From an uncultured Candidatus Saccharibacteria bacterium (lineage in GTDB: Bacteria > Patescibacteriota > Dojkabacteria > SC72): a stretch of DNA of 64,000 nt. The position numbers and the translations under genes are program-made. The notes beneath the pieces were generated by a model. The model was not told where the DNA came from, did no database searches, and worked only from the letters and a program-made list of their open reading frames with translations. Shown piece after piece: positions 29,150 to 37,775 of this stretch; within the stretch, counting starts at the first letter, position 1; each line of letters opens with the position of its first letter. The stretch lies in contig CAYZNW010000004.1 in assembly GCA_964480345.1 (NCBI GenBank), forward strand, positions 27,962 to 91,961, in the 5' to 3' direction.

Positions 29150-29841
29150 ATATCTTTGTTGTTAAATATCACAACATACTCTCCATGAGGAGAATTCTCA
29201 AAATCTCTCTCTGTCAAAAGATGTATTACCTCATCTACAGTTCCATATATACTTTCTTCTCTTAATTTTGATATGTCTTTTGCTAAAAAACAGCTACATT
29301 TAGGACCTAAAACCTCTTTAGCTACATCAAGTAATTTCATTAATCTTTTTGGAGATTCATATATGACTAAAGTAACTTCATTCTTTTTGTACTCTTCTAA
29401 TAGCTTTTTTCTCCTTTGCGCACTTTTCGGTAAAAATCCTAAGAAAAGAAACTTGTCTGTGGGTAGGCCTGATATAGATAAAGCTGATGTTAAGGCAGAA
29501 GATCCCGGTATGGAAACTACTTCAAATTCAGACTCTCTTAATTCGTTCACAAGTTTGTAACCTGGATCAGATATCAATGGAGTACCAGCATCAGATATCA
29601 AAGCTAAATCTAAACCTATTGTTAACTTCTCTTTAATCTTCTCAACCATACTTAAATGATTTTGGTCTCTATATGAAATTAGTTGGGTTTTAATATCATA
29701 CCTACCAAACAGTTTCTTAGATTCTCTAGTATCTTCTGCTAAAACAAAGGCTACCTCTTTCAATGTAGATACAGCTCTAAATGTAATATCTTCTAAATTA
29801 CCAATAGGGGTAGCAACAATATACAGTTTACCTTTCTCCAT
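29146..29841 (-). CDS. rsmI: 16S rRNA 2'-O-ribose C1402 methyltransferase RsmI
   Basis: LYIVATPIGNLEDITFRA...LAEDTR tetrapyrrole-methylase-fold signature. Confidence 0.85.
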   Translation of the reverse strand: MEKGKLYIVATPIGNLEDITFRAVSTLKEVAFVLAEDTRESKKLFGRYDIKTQLISYRDQNHLSMVEKIKEKLTIGLDLALISDAGTPLISDPGYKLVNELRESEFEVVSIPGSSALTSALSISGLPTDKFLFLGFLPKSAQRRKKLLEEYKKNEVTLVIYESPKRLMKLLDVAKEVLGPKCSCFLAKDISKLREESIYGTVDEVIHLLTERDFENSPHGEYVVIFNNKDI

Positions 29842-30541
29842 GATTAATATCTTCTAAATTTAAAACAGAGTTTACAATTCTCTCTAAATTCTCATCAGTT
29901 ATATCGGAGCTAGATATAGATTGGTTTAAATCATACTCTCCGATGCGTGTTCTTTCTAATTCTACAGCTGTGGCATAAGTTCCTAGACTTTTACCCAAAT
30001 CATCTACTAGCGTCCTAATATAGGTACCTGTAGAACAAGATATTTCAAAAAGGACGTATGGCCAATCATATTGAAGTATCTTAAAAGTATCTACTGTAAT
30101 ACTGACAGGAGATAACTTTACCTCTTCTCCTTTTCTAGCTAGTTCATATGCTTTTCTCCCTGCTATTTTTTTTGCTGAGTAGGAGGGAGGTGTTTGTAAA
30201 ATTTCTCCTATAAATCCATTTTGAATTTTCTTTTCAATATCTTCTATACCTATCTTAATATTTCTTTTCTCTTCAAACATTTTCGTACCTGTAATATCTT
30301 GAGTATCTGTTGAGTACCCAAACTCTGCTTTAACTACATAGGTTTTCTTTAAGGAGTGTATTCTGTTCATTTGTTTTGTTCCTCTTCCAAGTAGTATTAC
30401 TAGTACACCTGTAGCAAATGGATCCAATGTCCCACCGTGACCAATTTTCTGCCCTTTTGGTAAAACTTTTTTTAATTTTCGTATTACATCATACGATGTA
30501 ATATTTCTCTCCTTGTTAATTAACAGAATTCCATCTATCAT
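29828..30541 (-). CDS. truB: tRNA pseudouridine-55 synthase TruB
   Basis: GILLINKERNITSYDV...GHGGTLDPFATGVL motif. Confidence 0.9.
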   Translation of the reverse strand: MIDGILLINKERNITSYDVIRKLKKVLPKGQKIGHGGTLDPFATGVLVILLGRGTKQMNRIHSLKKTYVVKAEFGYSTDTQDITGTKMFEEKRNIKIGIEDIEKKIQNGFIGEILQTPPSYSAKKIAGRKAYELARKGEEVKLSPVSITVDTFKILQYDWPYVLFEISCSTGTYIRTLVDDLGKSLGTYATAVELERTRIGEYDLNQSISSSDITDENLERIVNSVLNLEDINHGER

Positions 30542-30581
30542 ATGTATATATATTTACACTTTACTTTATGATGATATCACA

Positions 30582-31121
30582 ATGTTAAATGGAATTTCTT
30601 TAGCAATCATAATGATAGCAGTATCACTCTTATTACTTTTTAGTATTACAGTACTCGTAAATGTATTTTTAGTACCAATTGTAGGAACATCTGGGAAGAT
30701 TCTAAAAGAGATTTTGGAGATTATGGATTTAAAGAAGAAAGATGTATTCATAGACTTAGGTAGTGGTGATGGAAGAATGATTTTGCGAGCGTATGCGGAG
30801 GCCAAATGTAGATGTATAGGGTATGAGATATCACCAATATCTATTTTGATTTCTAGAACCAAGAGGATTCTTAAATATCCTAGGGTTTCTGATATTTCAT
30901 TTGAGTTAGAGAATATTTTTACAATTGATTTTTCTGTATCTACCAAAATTTACTGCTATTTGAATCCAGAGTGTATGGGTGTATTGAAGAAAAAATTTAA
31001 GAAGTATGTTGAGGATGGAGGGTATATATTCAGCTATATTCATCAGATTCCTGAGATGAAATACAATGGGAAGTTTGTGTTGGGTAATGGTGATATTTTG
31101 TATGTGTACAGGAAGAAGTAG
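30582..31121 (+). CDS. Membrane-anchored class I SAM-dependent methyltransferase
   Basis: N-terminal TM, then VFIDLGSGDGRMIL (motif I). Start moved to the internal ATG at 30582 to avoid overlap with truB. Confidence 0.55.
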   Translation: MLNGISLAIIMIAVSLLLLFSITVLVNVFLVPIVGTSGKILKEILEIMDLKKKDVFIDLGSGDGRMILRAYAEAKCRCIGYEISPISILISRTKRILKYPRVSDISFELENIFTIDFSVSTKIYCYLNPECMGVLKKKFKKYVEDGGYIFSYIHQIPEMKYNGKFVLGNGDILYVYRKK

Positions 31122-31150
31122 AGGTTTTGGTTGAGATGATATAATGGGGT

Positions 31151-32350
31151 ATGGCAATTTATGAGCCTTTAGCATCAAAATATAGACCGAAGAGTTTAGA
31201 GGATTTTGTTGGTCAAACTCATTTGGTTGGGAAGAATGGACCAATTAGGAAGTTTTTGGAGAGTGGGAATATTCCATCTATGATTTTTTGGGGACCTCCA
31301 GGTACAGGTAAGACTACTTTAGCGTATATTCTTTCTTTGAATTTGTATTATGATTTTCATAAGGTGCAGGCTGTTAATAGTGGTAAGGATGCTTTAAGAA
31401 AGATTATTAAGATTGCACTTGGGAATCAGCAGTATGGTAAGAAGACGATTCTTTTTTTGGATGAGATTCATAGATGGAATAAGGCTCAGCAGGATGCTTT
31501 GCTTCCGTATGTGGAGAAGGGGGTTATCATTTTAATTGGAGCTACTACAGAGAATCCTTCTTTTACTGTGATTAGTGCTTTGTTGTCTAGGACTAAGGTT
31601 TTTGTGTTTAAACAGCATACAGAGGATGATATTTTTTCTCTTCTTGGGAGGATTAGTAAGGAGGAGTTTCCAAAGATCAAGATAGATCAGAAGGTGTTAA
31701 GGAGTATGGCTTCTTTATCAAATGGTGATATTAGGTCTGGTTTAAATATTTTAGAGATGAGTAGTAATTTAGCGTTGGCTAATGGTAGTAAGAGTGTTAC
31801 TGCTAAGCTTTTGCAGGATACTGTTCAGAGTCCTGTCTACTATGACAAGAATGGAGAGGAGCATTACAATTTGATTTCAGCTGTTCATAAGTCTATGAGG
31901 TCTTCTAATCCTGATGCGGCTTGTTACTGGGTAGGTAGGATTATAGCGGGGGGAGAGGATCCTCTTTTTGTTGCAAGAAGGCTGTTGCGTTTCGCAAGTG
32001 AGGATGTTGGGAATTCTGATCCTAATGCGGTTGTTTTAGCTAATGCTGTATATGAGGCTTGTGCGAAGATTGGTATGCCAGAGAGTGAGGTTTTTCTTAT
32101 GCAATTAGCAATATATTTGGCTAATGCTCCAAAGGACAATACAGCGTATGTTGTGGAGGGATTGGTTAAGGAGGATATAGAGAAGTTTGGTAATTTACCT
32201 GTGCCTATGCATATTAGAAATGCTCCTACTAAATTGATGAAGGAGTTGGGATATTCAAAGGGATATGAGTATGATCATGATTTAAAGAGTAAGAAGTCTA
32301 ATCAACAGTGTATGCCTGACAAATTGAAGAACAGGAAATATATTACTTAA
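31151..32350 (+). CDS. rarA: Replication-associated recombination protein A (RarA/MgsA AAA+ ATPase)
   Basis: YRPKSLEDFVGQ, GPPGTGKTTLA, LFLDEIHRWNKAQQDALLPYVEKG. Confidence 0.9.
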   Translation: MAIYEPLASKYRPKSLEDFVGQTHLVGKNGPIRKFLESGNIPSMIFWGPPGTGKTTLAYILSLNLYYDFHKVQAVNSGKDALRKIIKIALGNQQYGKKTILFLDEIHRWNKAQQDALLPYVEKGVIILIGATTENPSFTVISALLSRTKVFVFKQHTEDDIFSLLGRISKEEFPKIKIDQKVLRSMASLSNGDIRSGLNILEMSSNLALANGSKSVTAKLLQDTVQSPVYYDKNGEEHYNLISAVHKSMRSSNPDAACYWVGRIIAGGEDPLFVARRLLRFASEDVGNSDPNAVVLANAVYEACAKIGMPESEVFLMQLAIYLANAPKDNTAYVVEGLVKEDIEKFGNLPVPMHIRNAPTKLMKELGYSKGYEYDHDLKSKKSNQQCMPDKLKNRKYIT

Positions 32351-34880
32351 ATCTCTCCTCTATATTTTTCTTCTTCTGTGTTCTTCTAATTTCACCATTT
32401 CTTATAACATATCTACCTAGTTTTAGAACTCTATTTCCCATTGTAATATACAGGCTGTCTATGAACTTTGTAGTAGGGTAGAACAGGACGCCTAGTATCA
32501 ACATAGTAGCTCCAAGTACTACATTTCTTAGGTATGCGTTATCAAATATTCCTGTTTTAGGTGGCACTCCTGGAGTAGATGGACACAAACAGGTAGCTTT
32601 GCTACATTTATCCCATGAGCATGTAGTTCCTGATGGATTTCCTTCTTCACACTGTTCACCTTCTTGTAATTTTCCATCTCCGCAATATTCCGAGACTTTA
32701 ACTTCACAATCACATGTTGATTTACTACACTCTTCCCACAAGCAGGATACACCAGTAGGATTATTTTTCTCACACTGTTCTCCTGTATCTAATTTACCAT
32801 CTCCACATCCTGGTTCTATACATTCACATTTTAATTGGTTACATGTATCCCATTTACAGGTTGTACCTGTAGGGTCACCTTTCTCACACTGTTCTCCTGC
32901 ATCCAATGTTCCATCTCCACATCCTGGAGTTATACATTTACATGTTGTTCTATTACATGTATCCCATTTACAAGTAGTTCCGCTAGGATCTCCAACTTCA
33001 CACTGTTCTCCAGCTACATTTATTATTCCATCTCCACAGAAAGGAGCAGTAACAGTAGGACAAGTACAAGTTACATTGTTACAAACATTCCAACTACAAG
33101 AGACTCCAGTAGGATCTCCAAACTCACATTTTTCACCTGTTGTATTTCCTAATATTCCATCTCCACAGTACGGGACTCCAGGTGTTGGAGGAGGAATAAC
33201 AGGTGGTTCAGATGGAGGTTCATTACATGTATCACAGATAAGATTTTCTACTCTACATATCTGATCACAAGTACCTGTAACTGCAGTCGTCCAATAATTA
33301 CCACAATTACACAAAATTGGAGCACGGACATTTGAGCCTACTGTACCTGGTTCACAAGGATCCACTGATGTCTTTCCTGTAGGAACTAAAACTGCTGTTT
33401 GAGTTTTGGCATCGTATCTGTATGTGTAATCATCTGCAGAAAGCTTCTCACAAGCAGACGTGCCATCAGGCATCTGACAATAAACATGAGAATTACAATC
33501 GACAACTTTACCATTCATAATACAGTAACGAACAACCGATTTCTGTGTCTTAATACAAGCAGACGTGCCATCAGGCATCTGACAATAAACATTAGAACTA
33601 CAATCAACAACTTTACCATTAACTGTACATTCTGTAATAGTTCTTCTAAGGGCCTTGTTTAAAGCTTCTTCCATAACTCTCTCCTTAACTTCAGCTGCTT
33701 CTTTACTCCCAGTATTAGCAACATACTGATCTAAAGAGGTTTGATTTACAGGAGTAGTTGAAGAACCACTACCTGTATTAACTTTTATTTGATCTGCTGA
33801 TCTCACACCCTCCAACGCTGTATTCATTGAAACGGGTTTATTTGAACTATTCAGAAGTGATGATCCATTCCAAGTGTAGGTAACACCACCTATCGTTACT
33901 GTATCCCCCTGTTTCAAATTATTTACAAGAGTAGGATACAACGTTTGTTCTTCAGGAGGTGTTTGATTTAGATGCGAAGCATTACTACCAAAGAGTTCTT
34001 CGTCTTTCTTCTTTTGCTCTTCATATTTTGCTGCTATTCTTTGCTCTTCTTCATTACCATGTTCTGCTCTTGCATTCATTAAATCTTCATATGTAGCACA
34101 ATTTGGGCGACAATCACCAGCGGAACTTCGTAAAGGGCTATAATTACTTTTTATACTATTAACCTTAAATGTTAAGTATCCAAGAGAACAAATTATCAAG
34201 AATACTTGAGCCCCAAGAACAATTCTTCTTTTTCTGTAATCAAATTTATTTCTAAAGAATAGAATAACAACAAAGCTAACAACAATTAAAATAATCACAA
34301 TAATTAATAAAATCAAAGTAACAATATTAATCTTGTTGACATAATCTATCAGAGTCATAGAAGCTATCTCTTTGTTATATGCTTGAATTGACTCCTCTAA
34401 ATAGTCATCTGCTTCTTTAATGCTAGCCTTTAAATCGATGTTTTCAGCTTCTAAAGTGAACCTACTTCCAATAGCTAAAGTAATATCATCAACACCTACT
34501 GTACACACGTCTTTATATAAGAAAGTAGGAACAAGTATTTCGGAGAAATAACACTTCTGCCTATACAACTTAGCAAATTCCTCATAAATATTTCCTCCCC
34601 TTGGAACATTTACTACATTAACTGTAAAATAATCTACTTTCTCAGGAGAAACGCTATTAATATAGTCTAATACTGTTTTACTTGCCTCAGATCCATCTTG
34701 TACAAACAAATATGCTTTTTCCTTGTCATAATCACTTGCTTTAAAATCATTTACCTCTGTGATAGCTGAAGTCGCAGTGCTATCCTGCGCTTTTACCTCA
34801 TTAACATTACACAAAGAAAATAAAAGAAATGTGAAAAATACAACCAAAAGAGAACTCCAAGCAGTTTTTAATCTATACAT
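32343..34880 (-). CDS. Large Cys-rich repeat membrane protein (signal peptide, internal TM, 5 tandem CGDG..GEQCE repeats, C-terminal TM)
   Basis: Signal MYRLKTAWSSLLVVFFTFLLFSLCNVNEVKA|QD (track start 34949 is probably too far upstream). TM LILLIIVIILIVVSFVVILFF. A duplicated 35-aa module containing NGKVVDC.S.VYCQMPDGTSAC. Five repeats of about 38 aa, CGDG.(L/I)...GEQCE.G.P.G..C.W..C....C.C, similar to the Myxococcus cysteine-rich repeat (TIGR02232-type). C-terminal TM and a basic tail. Confidence 0.7.
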   Translation of the reverse strand: MYRLKTAWSSLLVVFFTFLLFSLCNVNEVKAQDSTATSAITEVNDFKASDYDKEKAYLFVQDGSEASKTVLDYINSVSPEKVDYFTVNVVNVPRGGNIYEEFAKLYRQKCYFSEILVPTFLYKDVCTVGVDDITLAIGSRFTLEAENIDLKASIKEADDYLEESIQAYNKEIASMTLIDYVNKINIVTLILLIIVIILIVVSFVVILFFRNKFDYRKRRIVLGAQVFLIICSLGYLTFKVNSIKSNYSPLRSSAGDCRPNCATYEDLMNARAEHGNEEEQRIAAKYEEQKKKDEELFGSNASHLNQTPPEEQTLYPTLVNNLKQGDTVTIGGVTYTWNGSSLLNSSNKPVSMNTALEGVRSADQIKVNTGSGSSTTPVNQTSLDQYVANTGSKEAAEVKERVMEEALNKALRRTITECTVNGKVVDCSSNVYCQMPDGTSACIKTQKSVVRYCIMNGKVVDCNSHVYCQMPDGTSACEKLSADDYTYRYDAKTQTAVLVPTGKTSVDPCEPGTVGSNVRAPILCNCGNYWTTAVTGTCDQICRVENLICDTCNEPPSEPPVIPPPTPGVPYCGDGILGNTTGEKCEFGDPTGVSCSWNVCNNVTCTCPTVTAPFCGDGIINVAGEQCEVGDPSGTTCKWDTCNRTTCKCITPGCGDGTLDAGEQCEKGDPTGTTCKWDTCNQLKCECIEPGCGDGKLDTGEQCEKNNPTGVSCLWEECSKSTCDCEVKVSEYCGDGKLQEGEQCEEGNPSGTTCSWDKCSKATCLCPSTPGVPPKTGIFDNAYLRNVVLGATMLILGVLFYPTTKFIDSLYITMGNRVLKLGRYVIRNGEIRRTQKKKNIEERFK
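32567..33185 (-). repeat. Five tandem coding repeats of about 114 nt (Cys-rich CGDG-GEQCE modules) inside the 32343..34880 CDS
   Basis: Repeated protein modules seen in translation. The antisense shadow ORFs 32599..33264 and 32835..33152 are a by-product of the periodic composition. Confidence 0.55.
33452..33660 (-). repeat. Intragenic tandem duplication with a 105-nt period (two near-identical copies of about 64 nt)
   Basis: aagcagacgtgccatcaggcatctgacaataaacat(g/t)aga... occurs at 33452 and again at 33557. It encodes the duplicated NGKVVDC.S.VYCQMPDGTSAC module. Confidence 0.7.
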
Positions 34881-34912
34881 AATAAACATACAATACCAAT
34901 ATAGAAAAAATT

Positions 34913-36160
34913 TTGCAATACATATATAATCAAAACATGAACATATCAACAGACAAACAAATCATAAATAGAATACTAACAAAAGCAGTAGAACAAATCC
35001 TGCCATCCAAGGAACTTTTAGAAAAAAAACTACTCTCTGGAGAAAGACTAAACATCTACCAAGGATTTGACCCAACAGCAGACACACTACACATAGGACA
35101 CACAGTTGCAATGAGAAAGTTAGAAGACTTTAGAAAATTGGGACACCATGTAATCTTCCTCATAGGAGACTTCACAGCAAGAATAGGAGATCCTAGTGAT
35201 AAAACAAACGCTAGAAAGGCACTAACAGAACAACAGGTAAAAGAAAATCTGAAAGACTATGTAGAACAAGCCTCACACATTATTGATATAAATAACAAAG
35301 AGAACCCAGTAGAAATACTCTTCAACAGCCAATGGCATGACAAGTTAACATTCCAAGATGTCATAAATCTCTCTACAGAATTCACAGTACAACAAATGCT
35401 CAAAAGAAACATGTTCCAACAAAGAATAAAAGAAGACAAACCAATATACCTAAATGAATTCCTCTACCCAATAATGCAAGGATACGACTCAGTAGTCATG
35501 AACATAGATATAGAGGTAGGAGGAAATGATCAACTCTTCAACATGCTTGCAGGAAGAGATATGGTTCTCAACCATCTCAACAAAGAGAAGAGCGTCATAA
35601 CTACAAGATTACTTACTACACAAGATGGTGCCAAAATGGGTAAGTCAGAAGGTAATATGGTCAAACTCAATGATAAACCAGAAGAGATATATGGAAAGAT
35701 AATGGCAAGTACTGATGATTCTATCGTAGAGATGTTCGAGCTACTCACATCTGCTGATTTAGAAGAATTAGAAAAATACAAAGAAAGATTACAAGCAGGA
35801 GAGAATCCTATGAATTTGAAAAAAGAACTAGCCTTTAGAATAACCAAGGAGGTAAAAACAGAAGAGGAAGCCGTACTAGCACAGAAACATTTTGAATCAA
35901 TATTTCAAAAAAGAGATAATTCTACAGACACAATAGAACAGAAAACACTCTCGGAAGATGAGATAAATATATTAGATCTACTCGTACAAGTAGGCTTTTC
36001 ACAAAGCAAAGGAGAGGCAAGAAGATTAGTAGAACAGGGTGCTGTTAAAATAAACGATCAGAAGTGTACAGATTACAAAACAACTGTAGATTTCAAAAAC
36101 GATCAAGAAATCATATTAAAAGCAGGAAGACATATTTGTCTAATTAGATACTCTAAATAA
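34913..36160 (+). CDS. tyrS: Tyrosyl-tRNA synthetase with a C-terminal S4 domain
   Basis: HIGH (TLHIGHTVAM) and KMSKS-type (AKMGKSEGN) motifs. The start could be the downstream ATG at 34937. Confidence 0.9.
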   Translation: MQYIYNQNMNISTDKQIINRILTKAVEQILPSKELLEKKLLSGERLNIYQGFDPTADTLHIGHTVAMRKLEDFRKLGHHVIFLIGDFTARIGDPSDKTNARKALTEQQVKENLKDYVEQASHIIDINNKENPVEILFNSQWHDKLTFQDVINLSTEFTVQQMLKRNMFQQRIKEDKPIYLNEFLYPIMQGYDSVVMNIDIEVGGNDQLFNMLAGRDMVLNHLNKEKSVITTRLLTTQDGAKMGKSEGNMVKLNDKPEEIYGKIMASTDDSIVEMFELLTSADLEELEKYKERLQAGENPMNLKKELAFRITKEVKTEEEAVLAQKHFESIFQKRDNSTDTIEQKTLSEDEINILDLLVQVGFSQSKGEARRLVEQGAVKINDQKCTDYKTTVDFKNDQEIILKAGRHICLIRYSK

Positions 36161-36178
36161 TTACTAATACTAGCAAAT

Positions 36179-37618
36179 ATGAACGAAGAAGTATTAATAA
36201 AAAAGGTTGTAGAAAACACGCCTGAGCTATTCAAAAATGAAGTTAGTAAAGCATATATATTTGCTCAGAAAGAATACAGTGGTAAATTTCGATATAACGG
36301 AGCTACTAGAATTTCCCATACTCTCAATGTAGCCTCATATATACAAGATGTTGGTCTAGATACCAATACCGTCATAGCTGCAATACTTCACGAAGTACCT
36401 CTCTCAGAAGAAGAACAAATCATTAGCAATAGTTCTAAAGAAGTATTAGATATAATTCAGAAAGCTTACAATATAAAAGAAGCATCACAAAGTACAGACA
36501 CAGATCCCGAACTCATCATTAAATATATATTAAATAGCTCTAAAGATCTCAGAGCACTCTTCATAAAAGTATTTGATAAATTAGATGATGTAAGAAGCAT
36601 ATCTAAAATTCCAGATGAGTTCATAAAAGACACTTTAAACAAATCATTAAATATCTATTCTGCTCTTGCAGAGTACCTCTTTTTAGATCAAACAAAGAAA
36701 GAGATAGAAGAGAAATCATTCCAAAACTATCTACCTCAAGAGTATGAAAGTATTACAAAAAAAATGCAGGAATCAGGAATAAACCTAGACTTACTAAATA
36801 GATGTAAAGGAAAAATATTTCAATGTATGCAAAATCTAGATGAGGATATTACACTTACTGGAAGGATCAAAGGAACATACAGCATTTACAATAAATTAAA
36901 AAAATATGAAAAAGAGTGGATTAATCCAAAGATAGATAGTATCGATGACCTAATAGCATTCAGAATAGTTACAAATAGTAATGAGCACTGTTACAAAGTC
37001 TTGGAATCACTGATGGATAGTGGCGAAATAGTTGAAGAGCGCTTTGATGACTACATCTCAAATCCAAAACCTAATGGATATATGGCAATACAATTCCCTA
37101 TGAAGTTTACGGACATTACAGATATTAATATAGAGATACAAATTCTGACAAAAGATATGGATTACAACAATAGATACGGAACAGCATCTCACATAGCATA
37201 TAAAGCAAGTAAGACTAGATTTGCTAAACCTACAAATAAATACGATTGGGTAAAGACAATTCAGGATCAAATATCCTCTAACATAGCAAACAGAGAGAAA
37301 GAGATTAACTTACCAATTAACTGTGAGATATATGAAGATGAGGTTTTTGCATTTACTCCAAAAAGGAAAATAATACAGTTAGATAAAGGAGATACAGTAA
37401 TAGATTTTGCATTTAAATTACACACAAGCATAGGTAACTCAGCAGTATCAGCAAAAATTAATGGTGCTCCTGCGAAACTAAGCAGCATAATTCAAACAGG
37501 AGATATAGTAGAGATCAAGGTAGACAAAAGTAAATCTCATCAAAGTGATAATGTATTAGAATACGCGAATTCTACAAGTACAAAAAACAAAATATTAAAA
37601 TATTTGAAACAGGTATAA
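36179..37618 (+). CDS. Short RelA/SpoT-family (p)ppGpp synthetase homolog (HD-like, synthetase and TGS domains; no ACT/RRM C-terminal domains)
   Basis: Synthetase motifs GRIKGTYSIYNKLKK, DDLIAFRIV, DYISNPKPNGYMAIQF, EIQILT...HIAYK. TGS domain FTPKRKIIQLDKGDTVIDFAFKLHT...GDIVEI. The HD motif is degenerate (LHEV instead of HDVxED). Confidence 0.8.
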   Translation: MNEEVLIKKVVENTPELFKNEVSKAYIFAQKEYSGKFRYNGATRISHTLNVASYIQDVGLDTNTVIAAILHEVPLSEEEQIISNSSKEVLDIIQKAYNIKEASQSTDTDPELIIKYILNSSKDLRALFIKVFDKLDDVRSISKIPDEFIKDTLNKSLNIYSALAEYLFLDQTKKEIEEKSFQNYLPQEYESITKKMQESGINLDLLNRCKGKIFQCMQNLDEDITLTGRIKGTYSIYNKLKKYEKEWINPKIDSIDDLIAFRIVTNSNEHCYKVLESLMDSGEIVEERFDDYISNPKPNGYMAIQFPMKFTDITDINIEIQILTKDMDYNNRYGTASHIAYKASKTRFAKPTNKYDWVKTIQDQISSNIANREKEINLPINCEIYEDEVFAFTPKRKIIQLDKGDTVIDFAFKLHTSIGNSAVSAKINGAPAKLSSIIQTGDIVEIKVDKSKSHQSDNVLEYANSTSTKNKILKYLKQV

Positions 37619-37775
37619 TTTAGTACGATACTTAATTCTGTGTTAAAATCAAACATATGAAAAAAGAATCAAAAAAGAGAATACACAAAGTAATCAACAT
37701 AACAATGGCTTTAGTGCTTCTAGCCAGTATAGCTGTCCCTATGATTCTTGTAGTCATAGATATGCTGAAGTAATA

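Noticed and set aside
32528-33662. Antisense ORFs 32599..33264(+), 32835..33152(+), 33399..33662(+), 32528..32773(-) with their own internal repeats (e.g. RRAIRHLTINMRITIDNFTI twice)
   Set aside because: They mirror the tandem coding repeats of the Cys-rich gene on the minus strand. The repeat periodicity is explained by the sense-strand protein modules, so they are not independent genes.
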